Assembly: GCA_951406725.2 (NCBI GenBank)
Contig: OX597840.1
Location: 26,846,001-26,910,000 of the forward strand
Direction: 5' to 3'
Source: Octopus vulgaris
Taxonomy: Eukaryota
Length of the DNA: 64,000 nucleotides
Below, piece after piece: positions 1 through 14,512 of this stretch. How positions within the stretch are numbered: the stretch's first letter is position 1; every line of letters starts with the position of its first letter. Below the pieces are notes generated by a model, which was given only the letters and a program-made list of their open reading frames with translations, searched no databases and had not been told where the DNA came from. Made by a program: the position numbers and the translations under genes.

Positions 1-580
1 TCCCACCGAGATCGTCTTTACCCTTCATTTTTTTCGGGGTCGGTAAAATAAGTCCCACTTGAGCAGTGGGACTCGTCCTCTCCTCTCAAACATACTGGCC
101 TGAAACCCTGCAACTGGCTAGTATCCCATTAAGTGGGGAAGGTCATCATGTCAATCATTTATACGCCGTGCAAACTGGACAACCGGTCCTATGAGTCCTG
201 AAGCATGGTTTAGAAGCTCGATTTGCAACCAACTGGTTAAAGGTTCAATCCCACTGTGATGCACTTCAGCACAAGATGCTTAGCAGTATTTCTTCCGATT
301 TTTTTACGATCTGAGTTCAAATCCCACTGGGGTCAACTTTACCTTTCATTTTTTCGGGGTCTAAAATAAGTCCCATTTGAGCAGTGGAACTCGTCCCCTC
401 CCCTCAAACATACTGGCCTGGAACCCTGTAACGGGCTAGTATCCCATTAAGTGGGGAAGGTCATCATGTCAATTATTTATACGCCATGCAAACCGGCCCT
501 ATGAATTCTGAGGCATGGTTTAGAAGCTCGATATGCAACCAACTGGTTAAAGGTTCAGTCCCACCGTGACGCACTCCAGC
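1..580. repeat. Diverged tandem duplication (two ~260-270 bp copies, 1-~270 and ~322-580) built from SINE fragments
   Basis: Long shared blocks, e.g. aaacatactggcctg, ctagtatcccattaagtggggaaggtcatcatgtcaat and gcatggtttagaagctcgat, each occur twice about 320 bp apart. Confidence 0.85.
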
Positions 581-679
581 AATCGTCTACAACTATAGCC
601 CCTGGCTGCTTAAAGATTTCTGAGGGAATTTCGGAGGTAGAAACTGTGTGGAATCCCGTTGTGCTTATATGCGTATCTT

Positions 680-754
<75 letters not shown>

Positions 755-955
755 GTGTCCTTATACGCGTGTCTTTGTGGCTATTTGCTGGTTTGTTTAT
801 GTCTCCATGACTTAGCGATTCAGCAGAAGATATCGTTAAAATAAGTTACAGATTTTAAAAAATTAAGTACTGTGGTGGATTCGTTCTACTAAAAATACTT
901 CGATGTGATGCCCCAGCATGGCCGCAGTCCAGTGACTGAAACAAGCAAAAGAAGA
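520..955 (+). mobile_element. Degenerate SINE family B copy with internal (TG)n
   Basis: ggttcagtcccac head, (TG)n at ~684-751 and a ccccagcatggccgcagtccagtgactgaaacaag tail, as in the full copy at 33556-33963. Confidence 0.7.
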
Positions 956-1006
956 TTGAAATACTAGCATTCACCACATCATCACATCATCATCATCATC
1001 ATCATT

Positions 1007-2022
1007 GATGTATGTATGTATGTATGTATGTATGTGTGTATGTATGTATGTATGTATGTATGTATATATGTATGTATGTATGAATGTATGTATGTATGTA
1101 TGTATGTATGTGTGTATGTATGTATGTATGTATGTATGTATGTGTGTATGTATGTATGTGTGTGTGTGTATGTATGTGTGTATGTATGTATGTATGTATG
1201 TATGTATGTATGTATGTATGTATGTGTGTGTGTATGTATGTGTGTATGTATGTATGTATGTGTGTGTGTATGTATGTGTGTATGTATGTATGTATGTATG
1301 TATGTATGTATGTGTGTGTGTATGTATGTGTGTGTGTATGTATGTATGTGTGTATGTATGTATGTATGTATGTATGTAAGCATGTATGTATGTGTGTATG
1401 TATGTATGTATGTATGTATGTATGTATGTGTGTGTGTATGTATGTGTGTGTGTATGTATGTATGTGTGTATGTATGTATGTATGTATGTATGTATGTATG
1501 TATGTGTGTGTGTATGTATGTGTGTATGTATGTATGTATGTATGTATGTATGTATGTATGTATGTGTGTGTGTATGTATGTGTGTATGTATGTATGTATG
1601 TATGTATGTATGTATGTATGTATGTGTGTGTGTATGTATGTGTGTGTGTATGTATGTATGTGTGTATGTATGTATGTATGTATGTATGTATGTATGTATG
1701 TGTGTATGTATGTATGTATGTATGTATGTATGTGTGTGTGTATGTATGTGTGTGTGTATGTATGTATGTGTGTATGTATGTATGTATGTATGTATGTATG
1801 TATGTATGTATGTGTGTGTGTATGTATGTGTGTGTGTATGTATGTATGTGTGTATGTATGTATGTATGTATGTATGTGCATGTATGTATGTATGTATGTA
1901 TGTATGTGTGTGTGTGTGTATGTATGTATGTAAGCATGTATGTATGTATGTATGTATGTATGTATGTATGTATGTATGCACGTATGTATGTGTGTGTGTA
2001 TGTAAGCATCAATGTATGTATG
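1007..2022. repeat. (TATG)n/(TG)n compound microsatellite
   Basis: Seen directly. Confidence 0.98.
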
Positions 2023-2069
2023 CTTTTTTTTGTTTGAGAGAGTTCAAGCTGGTCGCTAACAAAGCAAGA

Positions 2070-2400
2070 ACGTTCAGTGGTTAGAGCGTCGGGCTCACAA
2101 TCATGAGGGTAGTGTGTTCGATTCCTGGACCTGGTTGAGTGTTGTGTTCTTGAGCAAGACACTTTATTTCCTGTTGCTTCAATCCACTCTGCTGTAGAAA
2201 TGAGTTGCGATGTCACTGGCGCCAAGCTGTATCGACCCCTTTGCCTTTCCTTTGGATAACATCAGTGGCATGGAGAGAGGAAGCTGGTATGCATGGGCGA
2301 CTGACGGTCTTCCATGAATAAATTTGACCGGACTTGTACCTCAGAGAGTAACTTTTTACGTGCAACCCCATGGTGACTCATGACCGAAGGGGGTCTTTAC
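2070..2400 (+). mobile_element. tRNA-derived SINE (family E)
   Basis: A-box-like cagtggttagagcg and B-box-like gttcgattcc, followed by gtgttcttgagcaagacacttt. Related heads occur at ~4040-4180, ~21440-21520 and ~49990-50120. Confidence 0.7.
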
Positions 2401-2626
2401 GCTTATGATGATAAGCACAAATACGAATTCATAATCCGGGTACAAGACCTGTAATTCGCATTGATTCGCCATAAATGTTCTCTTTTATCTGGACTTTTGA
2501 CTGTAGAGTCACATCCGCTGGGCAGCTGACCTCTAGAACAATGCCAGACTTTTGTTCTTATCCTACCGAACAATATCAGGTCTGTTATGTTTACACCGAA
2601 TTGCTTCTTGTACCGAAATGTCTCCG

Positions 2627-2627
<1 letters not shown>

Positions 2628-2657
<30 letters not shown>

Positions 2658-2750
2658 TGTATGTATTATGTATGCATGTGTGTATGTATATATGTATGTA
2701 TGTATGTATGCATGTATGTATGTATGAATGTATGAATGTATGTATGTATG

Positions 2751-2781
<31 letters not shown>

Positions 2782-3095
2782 GCATGTATGTATGTATGTA
2801 TGTATGTATGTACGTATGTATGTGTGTATGTATGTGTGTATATATATGTATGTATGTATGTACGTATGTATGTATGTATGTATGAATGTATGTATGTATG
2901 CATGTATATATGTATGTATGCATGTATATATGTATGAATGTATGTATATATGTATGAATGTATGTATGTATGTATGTATGTATGTATGTATGTATGTATG
3001 TATGTATGAGTGTATGTATGTATGTATGCATGTATGTGTGTAGTATGTATGTATGAATGTATGTATGAATGTATGTATGTATGTATATATGTATG
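2628..3095. repeat. (TATG)n microsatellite
   Basis: Seen directly. Confidence 0.97.
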
Positions 3096-3444
3096 TAAAG
3101 AGAGACAGAGGATTCCTTATTTGCTTTGAGCCGAATTTGATTTTCGTATCTCAATTTTATTGGGTAGAATGTTTGCTGACGTACATTACTCAACTTACTA
3201 ACACTCCGGTTGCTTACAAACATGTTCCGGGTTTAAATCAAACAGTAGACAGACATATCACAATTATTTGTATAAATTTATGAAGCTTTTACGCACTTGT
3301 TCCAAAAATTTCTGCAGTAATTCAGTAAATACAAAACATATGACTGATAATAGTAAAATTAAAACTGAGATCAGGTGTAATTGTAGGCACTTCGGTAAGT
3401 ACCAGCTTAGTGGAAGGTATATGTGTGAGACTGCCTAGCTCGAC

Positions 3445-3652
3445 CCTTTTACTTGTTTCAGTCATTAGACTGCGGCCATGCCGATGCACCGTCTTGGAGT
3501 ACATTAGTCGAACGAATCGACCCCAGCACTTGTTTTTTTTATTTTAGGCTCGTCAGTTATTCTGTCGGTTAGTTTTGCCGAACCGCTAATTCATTGTTAT
3601 GCAAACATATCGGCACTGGTTGTGAAGAAGTTGTGAGGCACAAACACAGACT

Positions 3653-3739
<87 letters not shown>

Positions 3740-3800
3740 CAAGCCTCTTCCAGTTTCTCTCTACCTAATCTACTCACAAGGCTTCTCTCGAAGTTTCTAA
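3445..3800 (-). mobile_element. Degenerate SINE family B copy with (CA)n
   Basis: ttttacttgtttcagtcattagactgcggccatg tail, ttttgccgaaccgctaa and an internal (CA)n tract. Confidence 0.75.
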
Positions 3801-3835
3801 ATCCATATGACTTCAATACACACACGCGCGTGCGC

Positions 3836-3935
3836 NNNNNNNNNNNNNNNNNNNNNNNNNNNNNNNNNNNNNNNNNNNNNNNNNNNNNNNNNNNNNNNNN
3901 NNNNNNNNNNNNNNNNNNNNNNNNNNNNNNNNNNN
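3836..3935. other. Assembly gap (100 N)
   Basis: Run of N. Confidence 1.
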
Positions 3936-4497
3936 GCTCGACTGTAGGCGGTGCTCCAGCATGGCCGCAGTCAAATGACTGAAACAAGTAAAAGAGAGAG
4001 AAAAGAGTGAGAGCATAACATCCTCAGCACTAGGTCATGAGTAGCCTAATGGTTAGAACCTTACACTCACGATCGCAAGATTGTGGTTTCGATTCCGAGA
4101 ATGGATGCCTTGTGTTCTTAAGCGAAACACTTCAATTCAGTTATCTGCTGTCCATTCGGCTAAAAACGGGTGAGCCTACGACAAACTGGCGTTCAGTTTA
4201 GGAGGAATGTTGGCCTTCTCGCTTAGGTATCTGGGTGGCATCATTCGAAAGGTACGACAATGCAAGAAAGCGCATTGTGACCAGTGATGTTTAACATCCG
4301 ATAGTCTCGTCAATACAGTGATGGAAGCACTCCGTCGGTTACGACGACGAGGGTTCCGGTTGATCCGATCAACGGAACAGCCTGCTCGTGAAATTAACGT
4401 GTAAGTGGCTGAGCACTCCACAGACACGTGCACCCTTAACGCAGTTCTCGGGGATATTCAGCGTGACACAGAGAGTGACAAGGCCGGCCCTTTGAAA

Positions 4498-4686
4498 CAG
4501 GAAGTAAGAGTGAGAGAAAGTTGTGGTGAAAGAGTACAGCAGGGATCCCCACCATCCCCTGCCGGAGCCTCGTGGAGCTTTAGGTGTTTTCGCTCAATAA
4601 ACACGCACAACGCCCGGTCTGGAAATCGAAACCGCGATCCTAAGACCGCGAGTCTGCTGCCCTAACCACTGGGCCATTGCGCCTCC
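4498..4686 (-). mobile_element. tRNA-headed SINE family D (5' part)
   Basis: Reverse complement begins ggaggcgcaatggcccagtggttagggcagc...gcggtttcgatttccagaccgggcg. Matches 31000-31316 and is related to 22210-22698. Confidence 0.85.
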
Positions 4687-4748
4687 CAGTACTGTGATAT
4701 TACGTATGAGACTACGATGTAAGTAAGGTGTGCCATGTTGGCGCGTCA

Positions 4749-4958
4749 TTCTTTTATTCTTTTACTTGTTTCAGTCATTTTTACTGCGCCCATGCTGGAG
4801 CACCGCCTTTAGTCGAGCAAATCGACCCCGGTACTTATTCTTTGTAAGCCTAGTACTTATTCTATCGATATCTTTTGCTGAACCGCTAAGTTACGGGGCG
4901 TAAAAACACCAGCATCGGTTGTCAAGAGATGTTAGGGGGACAAATACACACACACACA

Positions 4959-5000
<42 letters not shown>

Positions 5001-5170
5001 TACGACGGGCTTCTTTCAGTTTCCGTCTACCAAATCCACTCACAAGGCTTTAGTCAAACCAAGGCTATAGTAGATAACACTTGCCTTGCCCAAGGTGCCA
5101 TGTAGTGGGACTGAACCTAGGACCATATGGTTAGTAAGCAAGCTACTTACCACACAGCTACTCCTGCGCC
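4749..5170 (-). mobile_element. SINE family B, full length
   Basis: Head ggcgcaggagtagctgtgtggtaag, CORE-like ccttgggcaag, internal (TG)n and a cagcatgg...tgactgaaacaagtaaaag tail. Confidence 0.9.
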
Positions 5171-5205
5171 ATAATGCCAGTCCTTTTCTCTCCCTCTCTG
5201 ACTGA

Positions 5206-5251
<46 letters not shown>

Positions 5252-5629
5252 TCTTCATTTCTCTCCCTCTCTTTCGATCGATTAAAATTCTACAAGGCAG
5301 TGCCCCAGCAAGGCCGCACTTCAAATATCAACGACATGTAAAAGTACACAAGAATCGGGGAATAAAGAATGTTTTCCTGCTTAAAAATCAATCTAATTTA
5401 TTCAGCCCAAAAATTTACAAATAAATTTTGATTTCAAAAATATGTAAATATTCGCTTTACATAAATTGTTAATGTCTAAAAATTTTCTGGTAGATTTAAT
5501 TCTGAAGATGTGAATATTCGTTTTGTTTGAATGCTAAGTGAATTAAATTAGAGTGGGAGGGAGAGAAAGAGAGAGGAAGAAAGAGAGAAGGAGAGGCGAA
5601 GAGGAAATGGGAGAGAGTGAGGGAGAGGG

Positions 5630-5684
5630 AGAGACAGATAGATTAATAGATGGATGATAGACAGATGGATAGATAGATAGATAA

Positions 5685-5717
<33 letters not shown>

Positions 5718-5720
5718 GAC

Positions 5721-5814
<94 letters not shown>

Positions 5815-5842
5815 GCAGACAGATAGATAGATAGATAGTTAA

Positions 5843-5898
<56 letters not shown>

Positions 5899-5940
5899 AA
5901 TGACAGACAGACAGACAGACAGGTAGGTAGGTAGGTAAGT

Positions 5941-5994
<54 letters not shown>

Positions 5995-6087
5995 GGATGG
6001 ATGGATGGATGGATGGATGGATGGATGGATGGATGGATGGATAGAGAGAGAGAGAGAGAGAGAAATAGACAGGTGGATAGATAGATA

Positions 6088-6140
<53 letters not shown>

Positions 6141-6167
6141 GAGAGACAAATAGACAGGTGTATATAG

Positions 6168-6222
<55 letters not shown>

Positions 6223-6233
6223 GACAGGTAGAC

Positions 6234-6332
<99 letters not shown>

Positions 6333-6340
6333 GACAGACA
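5630..6340. repeat. (GATA)n/(GA)n/(GGAT)n compound microsatellite
   Basis: Seen directly. Confidence 0.97.
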
Positions 6341-6647
6341 AAAAGATAAGGAGTGTTATTGAAAGAAGTTTGATAATGCAGTGGATTTGTGGTGAGGTGA
6401 TTATAAAGTAGGGGCTAGGGTGACACTCTGCTTATTCATTTCAGCAAACAAAACATAAGGGGATCAGGTATTTAAGATGCTAGAAGTCGTGGCCGTAAGC
6501 TATTTTTGTGTGGTAGAATTCGCTTTGCAAAGACTGCGCGGAATCGTAATAGCTGGAAGCTAGATCGGGAAGAGCTGAAAATTAGAATAATGATATAAAA
6601 ATTGGAATTAAAATAAAATATAATTAAAGAGAGAATGAAAAAGAGCG

Positions 6648-6679
<32 letters not shown>

Positions 6680-6762
6680 TGTATGTATGTATGTATGTAT
6701 GTATGTATGTATGTATGTATGTATATATGAGTGTTTGTATGTATGTGTGTATGTATGTATGT

Positions 6763-6793
<31 letters not shown>

Positions 6794-7587
6794 ATGTATG
6801 TATGTATGTATGTATGTATGTATGTGTGTATGTATGTATGTATGTATGTGTGTATGTATGTATGTATGTATGTATGTGTGTATGTATGTTTGTATGTATG
6901 TATGTATGTATGTATGTATGTATGTATATATGTATGTATGTATGTGTGTATGTATGTATGTATGTATGTATGTGTGTATGTATGTATGTATGTATGTATG
7001 TGTGTATGTATGTATGTATGTGTGTGTGTATGTATGTATGTATGTATGTATGTGTGTGTATGTATGTATGTATGTGTGTATGTATTTTGTGTATGTATGT
7101 ATGTGTGTATGTGTGTATGTGTGTATGTGTGTATGTTTGTATGTATGTATCTATGTATGTGTGTGTACGTATGTATGTTTGTGTGTCTGTATGTATGTAC
7201 GTATGTGTGTATGTATGTGTGTGTGTATGTATGTATGTATGTATGTATGTATGTATGTGTGTGTGTATGTATGTATGTATGTATGTATGCATGATGTGTG
7301 TATTTGCATATGTGTGTATGTATGTGTGCATGTATGCGTGTGTCTGTATGTATGTGTGTGTATGTATCTGTGTATGAACTTATGTATGTATGTATGTATA
7401 AATATATGTAAGTATGTACATATATATATATATATATGAATATATGCATGTATGCCTGTATGAACATATGCATGTATTTATATATATATAAATGTATGTA
7501 TGGATGGATGGATGGATGGATGGATGAATACATGTATGTGTATCGTATGCATGTGTTTGTGTGTGTGTGAGAGAGAGAGAGAGTTGA

Positions 7588-7635
<48 letters not shown>
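6648..7635. repeat. (TATG)n/(TG)n compound microsatellite
   Basis: Seen directly. Confidence 0.97.
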
Positions 7636-7987
7636 CTGTGAATATATTTTTTATAGGGATTCTTGGAGAGAAAGGGAGAGTATGTAACAAGTGGGATGTC
7701 TGGAGACAGGAGACCTAGAAGAGAAGCGATGAAGGAGGTGGGGAAAGGGGGGAAGGGAGGCTGAAAGACAGGAGACAGAAAGAAGGAAGATACGAAAGGA
7801 ATGGAGTGAGTGAGAAGAGTTATTCGGTGATGGGGCGAGGGCTCAGGGGAAAAAAGGGGTAAAAAAGGAATGAAGGCAGAATGGAAAAGAAAGAAAATAA
7901 AAGGATGAAAGAAAAGAACAAATTGAATTAAATTAATGATTGATACATAGCACCCCCACCACCACATACCTATGTAAATAAGGTATG

Positions 7988-8348
<361 letters not shown>

Positions 8349-8396
8349 AAACAAGTCAAGATAGAAAATGCTAAAATAATTTCATAAAGAACATTT

Positions 8397-8434
8397 CAGT
8401 ACCGGTTTCGGTCATTTTGAGACCTTTTCAACTG
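8397..8434 (-). ncRNA. Minimal type-I hammerhead ribozyme-like motif, U3-A8 core variant
   Basis: Minus strand reads CAG-UUGAAAA-GGUC(ucaaaau)GACC-GAAA-CCGG-UA-CUG: helix I CAG/CUG, 4-bp helix II, palindromic helix III ACCGGU, GUA triplet. Confidence 0.7.
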
Positions 8435-8612
8435 TAACGATTAAATAATTAAATTTAGAAAAATTAAAAGAAAAGTTTTTTTAAGGAATATTTGTTTAGT
8501 GTCCAAATATAAGTGGCATTTTCCTTGTTTCTGCCTTTCTCTGTCTCTCTTGTTTGCACTTGTGTGTTCGAGGTCGTTGTGAATTCTTGGTAGGGTAGAA
8601 GAAGAAGAAGGA

Positions 8613-8663
<51 letters not shown>

Positions 8664-8809
8664 TAAGGGTAGAAATTGATATTAATCAATTAAAATCAGT
8701 GACTTAGCATATCTTAAAAAATCCGAAGATTAAAAGTTGTTTTACATACAAAATTTAGAGGACTGATCACTAAAAGTGGACACCGTATATGCTAAACATA
8801 GACGTCAAA

Positions 8810-9486
8810 TTGCCAAATGGAAGATAAACTGGCTGTGATAAACGCCATGAAAAATGTAAAAAGTGGTAGCAATTGCACGATCTTTTGGGATGAGTCGGAC
8901 AACTGTATCGACAATTGTACATAATGAGAACAAGATTTTAGAAGATATTAAATCTGATACCCCAGGGATGAAGAAAGCTGTCATCAATAAGAATAGAGAC
9001 AAAATCTGTGAAGAATTGGAAAGTCTTCTTTCTCTTTGGATTGTTAGGTTTAATCGTTAACGTGCTACTATAGTCAAGAAATCATTCAAGAGAAAGCACT
9101 ATCTTTGAGGATCTGAAGAAAAAATATCCAGATAAGAAAGATGTAGAGCTCAAGGCAAGTTCATGATATTTAAGATGGTTCATGAGATTTAAGCGTCCGC
9201 GAAGTACGGTAAACACCACCAAATTGTATTGGTAAATTTAGATTACTTTTGTTTTACTATACTGTATAAAAAAATAAATATTATTTGTTTGTAAGCTTAA
9301 AATAGGTTTTTTTTGACCAAGTATTATTGAAAATGCATTCATAAATAAACTAGAGAACTGGGAATGGTTATTATCGGTTTAGTCTAGAGACAAGTAAATT
9401 CGTGCAAGCCTAGCCTAGAGACAAGTTAATTTAACATAAATTGTGTCTCCTGAAACCAATTAACGACAGAGGGTGAGGTATGCCTG
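8810..9486 (+). pseudogene. Tigger/pogo (CENP-B-like) transposase remnant with right TIR
   Basis: IARSFGMSRTTVSTIVHNENKI (HTH), EELESLLSLWI, IQEKAL and LKASS...WFMRFK, broken by stops and frameshifts. End 9475-9486 is the reverse complement of CAGGCATACCTC, a Tigger-type terminus. Confidence 0.85.
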
Positions 9487-9878
<392 letters not shown>

Positions 9879-10308
9879 TAAAATTATTAATTTATTAATT
9901 AATAAATTTTACGAAGTAGTTTCGGTATGGAAAAAAACATTATCGGTAAAAACTTATACAAAAAGTTTTTTTATATATATAATTATATATATAATTAAGG
10001 GTTTACCAACAAGTTGATTCGCCACATAACGAAAATTTAGAAATAGCAGCCAAAAGACAGCTAATTCTTTTAACTAGAAAATTATGACTCCACTGACAAC
10101 AATATTTGTAACTCACATAGGCAAAAAGAAGAAAGAATAACGAAATCAAACAGTCTTCGATTAATTATGGATGCGTTTCTGGATTAGTCAATAATTAATC
10201 GTAAGAGCGAAAGTGGAACGGTAGACATACATTGTAACATTCATATACACACGTATATATATGATATATATGTGTGTGTGTGTTTCTATAGGATACATAA
10301 ACACACAC

Positions 10309-10383
<75 letters not shown>

Positions 10384-10468
10384 TATATATACACGTATAT
10401 ACATATTTGTACGTATATATTTATGTATATATATATATGTATGTACATATATGTATGTATATATATGC

Positions 10469-10515
<47 letters not shown>

Positions 10516-11366
10516 TATGTGTATATATATACATTTATGTATTTATATATGTACGTATGTATGTATGTATCTATGTATGCATGTGTGTGTATATTATGTA
10601 TATATGCACATGACGGGCTCCTTTCAGTTTCCATCTGCCGTAACCACTCGCATGATTTTGGTCATACCGAGCCTGCAATACTAGACACTTGCCTAAGGTA
10701 CCGCACAATGGGACTGAACCACGAACCACGTATTTGAAGAAGCAAACTCGCTTACCACAAAGCCACGCCTGGTGAGTGTTCACATTACAGTTCGATATCG
10801 AATAAAAATTAATCAATTATAGCTGCAAAAATTAGAAACGAAAAACTGAAATTTATCTGTTGCCTGGTGCGACATTAGCAGACAGAAAATGTTAAACGTT
10901 TTTAATGTAACGTTTGAACCATTTCAGATATTTTTTCCCAGTTTACTGAAAAATTTTCTAAAAATTTGCGCGCATTCATTCTTTTATTTATTCATTTTAC
11001 GCATTTATCCTTATTAGTCTTATAATTTTTTTGGTAATTGTCGATCCAGCTAGTAGCAAAACTATGTTTCTCCCACTTAATATCTCAGTGGTATAATCTA
11101 GTAATGAAGTTTTATTTTCATTAGCGTAAAATTTACTGCGTGCACACATCATTCTTTGCTCGTTACGTGAGTCTTCATCTGCCTACGCACCGTCAGCGAA
11201 CGGTTATCGTCTACTTCTCGCCTCCAGAGACTACATGAGTTTCCAGATTAATGGAGAATTGTATTTTTAAACTACACACACACACACACAGACACATATA
11301 CATGTATGTACATATGTATGTATGTATATATGTATATATGTATGTATGTATATATGTATATATGTA

Positions 11367-11438
<72 letters not shown>

Positions 11439-11520
11439 GGTCCCGGGTTGAGTCGGGGTTAACCACAGTAAATAAGGTACTCAATACATAGCAGAGTAAA
11501 TTAATTTATTTTGTAGAAGG

Positions 11521-11571
11521 AGCTTCTACAGGACTAGAACTGTTTCATTCAAATGAAATCATCAGGAAGCT
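11521..11571 (-). ncRNA. Type-I hammerhead ribozyme-like motif (left arm)
   Basis: Exact inverted copy of 11657-11707. Confidence 0.75.
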
Positions 11572-11656
11572 TGCTGTCAAAATAAGTTCTGGCATTTATA
11601 CATTTAGGCATTAAATCTGCCTAAATTTATAAATGCCAGAACTTATTTTGACAGCA

Positions 11657-11707
11657 AGCTTCCTGATGATTTCATTTGAATGAAACAGTTCTAGTCCTGT
11701 AGAAGCT
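11657..11707 (+). ncRNA. Type-I hammerhead ribozyme-like motif (right arm)
   Basis: AGCUUC-CUGAUGA-U-UUC(auuu)GAA-U-GAAA-CAG(uucuaguc)CUG-UA-GAAGCU: canonical core, 6-bp helix I, U.U at 10.1-11.1, GUA triplet. Confidence 0.8.
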
Positions 11708-11715
11708 CCTTCTAT

Positions 11716-11747
<32 letters not shown>

Positions 11748-11948
11748 CGTTTATATATTTGTAGTGCACATACATATATATTTATATGTATACATCTAAA
11801 CAAACTTCATTCAGAATCTCTTTATTAAGTCCACTCACACGGCTTTGGTCTAACCGACGCTATATAAGATATTCCACCAACGTACCACGCAGTGGGACTG
11901 AACCGGGAACCATGTGGTTGAGGAGAAAACTTCCCAACACACAACTAC

Positions 11949-12049
<101 letters not shown>

Positions 12050-12438
12050 ATAAATATTAGGGAATAAATCCAAATTTACAGGGAAAAAAATCAGATTTAG
12101 GATTAAATCCAATTTTATAGTAAAATATTATATAATATTAATTAGAGACAAAACCACTATTTTGCAAAACAAACAAGGAAAGACTTAATCAATACATAAA
12201 ATTTTAATAAAAAGTAAAAAATAAAAAGTATACATATATATATTTATGCGCATGTGTGTGTATGAATATATATATATACACACACACACACATATATATA
12301 TATATTTATTTATATATATACATATATATACATATACATGTGTATATGTGTATATATATATACATATATACATACATATATATCGTATATATATATAAAC
12401 ATGTAAATATACATACATACCTACCTCTGTATACATAC

Positions 12439-12503
<65 letters not shown>

Positions 12504-12880
12504 TATCTATATCTACATATATATACATATATATATCTATATCTACATACATACATACATATATATAAATACATATACATATACATATATATATGTATAT
12601 ATACACACACACCCACACATACTTCCATAAATCCATCACTATTATCTTCCATCCGTACTTAGCTGTTCTCTATTCAACTCCACCTTTTGTAACAGTTTGA
12701 TTCTCACCAATCCAACGTTTTCACATTTCCTCTTTCTCTTACAGATCAATCACTCCAGCCCCACCCCACCCCCCAATCATACAGAACCGAATTCCCAATC
12801 ACAATTGATTACATGCTTCATCTCTTGTCCAACACGATTCCTCATCCCAAAGAAATGTCACTTATGCGATACGAACACAC

Positions 12881-12881
12881 G

Positions 12882-12952
<71 letters not shown>

Positions 12953-13223
12953 TATTATTATTATTTATTTATTAATATTATAATTATGATTATTATTATT
13001 ATCATCGTCATTATTATTATTATTATTATTATCATTATTATTATTATTATTATCATTATTATTATTATTATCTATTATTATTATTATTATTATAATATCA
13101 TCATCATCATTATTATTATCATCGTCATTATTATTATTATTATTATTATCATCATTATTATTATTATTATTATCATTATTATTATTATTATCATTATTAT
13201 TATTATTATTATCATCATCATCA

Positions 13224-13257
<34 letters not shown>

Positions 13258-13333
13258 CATCATTATTATCATTATTATTATCATCATTATTATCATCATC
13301 ATCATCATCATCATTATTATCATCATCATCATC

Positions 13334-13378
<45 letters not shown>

Positions 13379-13391
13379 GTCATCATCATCA

Positions 13392-13428
<37 letters not shown>

Positions 13429-13530
13429 CATCATCATCATCATCATTATTATTATTATTACTATTATTATTATTATCATCATCATCATCATTCTTATTAT
13501 TATTATTATCATTATTATCATTATTTTTTA
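12881..13530. repeat. (ATT)n/(ATC)n trinucleotide tract
   Basis: Seen directly. Confidence 0.97.
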
Positions 13531-13871
13531 TTATCACAGTCTTAATGTACAAAATACCATATTTGGTCTTATCCGTTTCTATTGATAACTTCCAAAGTTT
13601 ATGCCACCAAATATGGTCCGTTTCCTTTCCGTAATTCTCACCCTTTCTTCTCATCTTTTATCCTCTTCTTCGCATTCAATTCCCTTCCCCTTAACTTATT
13701 ATTTAGTGTTGCTTCCAGTTAGCGAATGTCTTCGATTCTTTCTGCCACCATAATGATTATTGTGCAATTCCGTGCTAATATTGATATTACATTCTGCGGG
13801 GTTAGGGTTATATATAATCCGTGCATCCTTGCCCTTTGAAAACACATCCATGTATTGAAACTATTGTCTGA

Positions 13872-13917
13872 CATAATAACAACCACTACAGTAATAGTAA
13901 TAATAATAATATTAATG

Positions 13918-13951
<34 letters not shown>

Positions 13952-14085
13952 TGATAGTAATAATAATAATATTAATAATAATAATATTAATAATAATAAT
14001 ATTAGTAATAATAATAATAATATTAATAATAATAATAATAATAATGATGATGATGATAATAGTAGTAATAGTAGTAATAATAATA

Positions 14086-14125
<40 letters not shown>

Positions 14126-14319
14126 TGATGATGATGATAATAATAATAATAATAGTAGTAATAATAATAATCATAGTAATAACAATAATAATAATAATAA
14201 TAACAATAATAACAATAATAATAATAATAATAATAATAATATGATGATGATGATAATAATAATAATAATAATAATGATGATGATGATGATAATAATAATA
14301 ATGACGACGATGACAACGC

Positions 14320-14364
<45 letters not shown>

Positions 14365-14512
14365 CGACGACGACGACGACGACGATGATGATGATGATGA
14401 TGACGATGATGATGGTAGAGGTGGCGGTGGTGGTGGTCATGATGATGATGGTGATGATGATGACACTGACGATGATGAGGATTATTATTATTATTATTAT
14501 TATTATTATTTA
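13872..14512. repeat. (AAT)n/(GAT)n trinucleotide tract
   Basis: Seen directly. Confidence 0.97.

Larger units (their letters stand above)
11508..11720. repeat. Long inverted repeat (103-bp arms, 7-nt spacer), probable inverted Penelope-like pLTR pair
   Basis: 11508-11610 is the reverse complement of 11618-11720 with 2 mismatches. The enclosing element (11437-11720) is flanked by (TA)n. Confidence 0.92.

Noticed and set aside
8755-8805. ctgatcactaaaagtggaca hairpin resembling a hammerhead
   Set aside because: It lacks G8-A9 and GAAA, and has no helix III.
9907-9952. Minus-strand fold with 6-bp closing stem and GAAA, in a TA-flanked island
   Set aside because: The core is not CUGANGA-like and helix II does not pair. 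Possibly a decayed copy, but unsupported.
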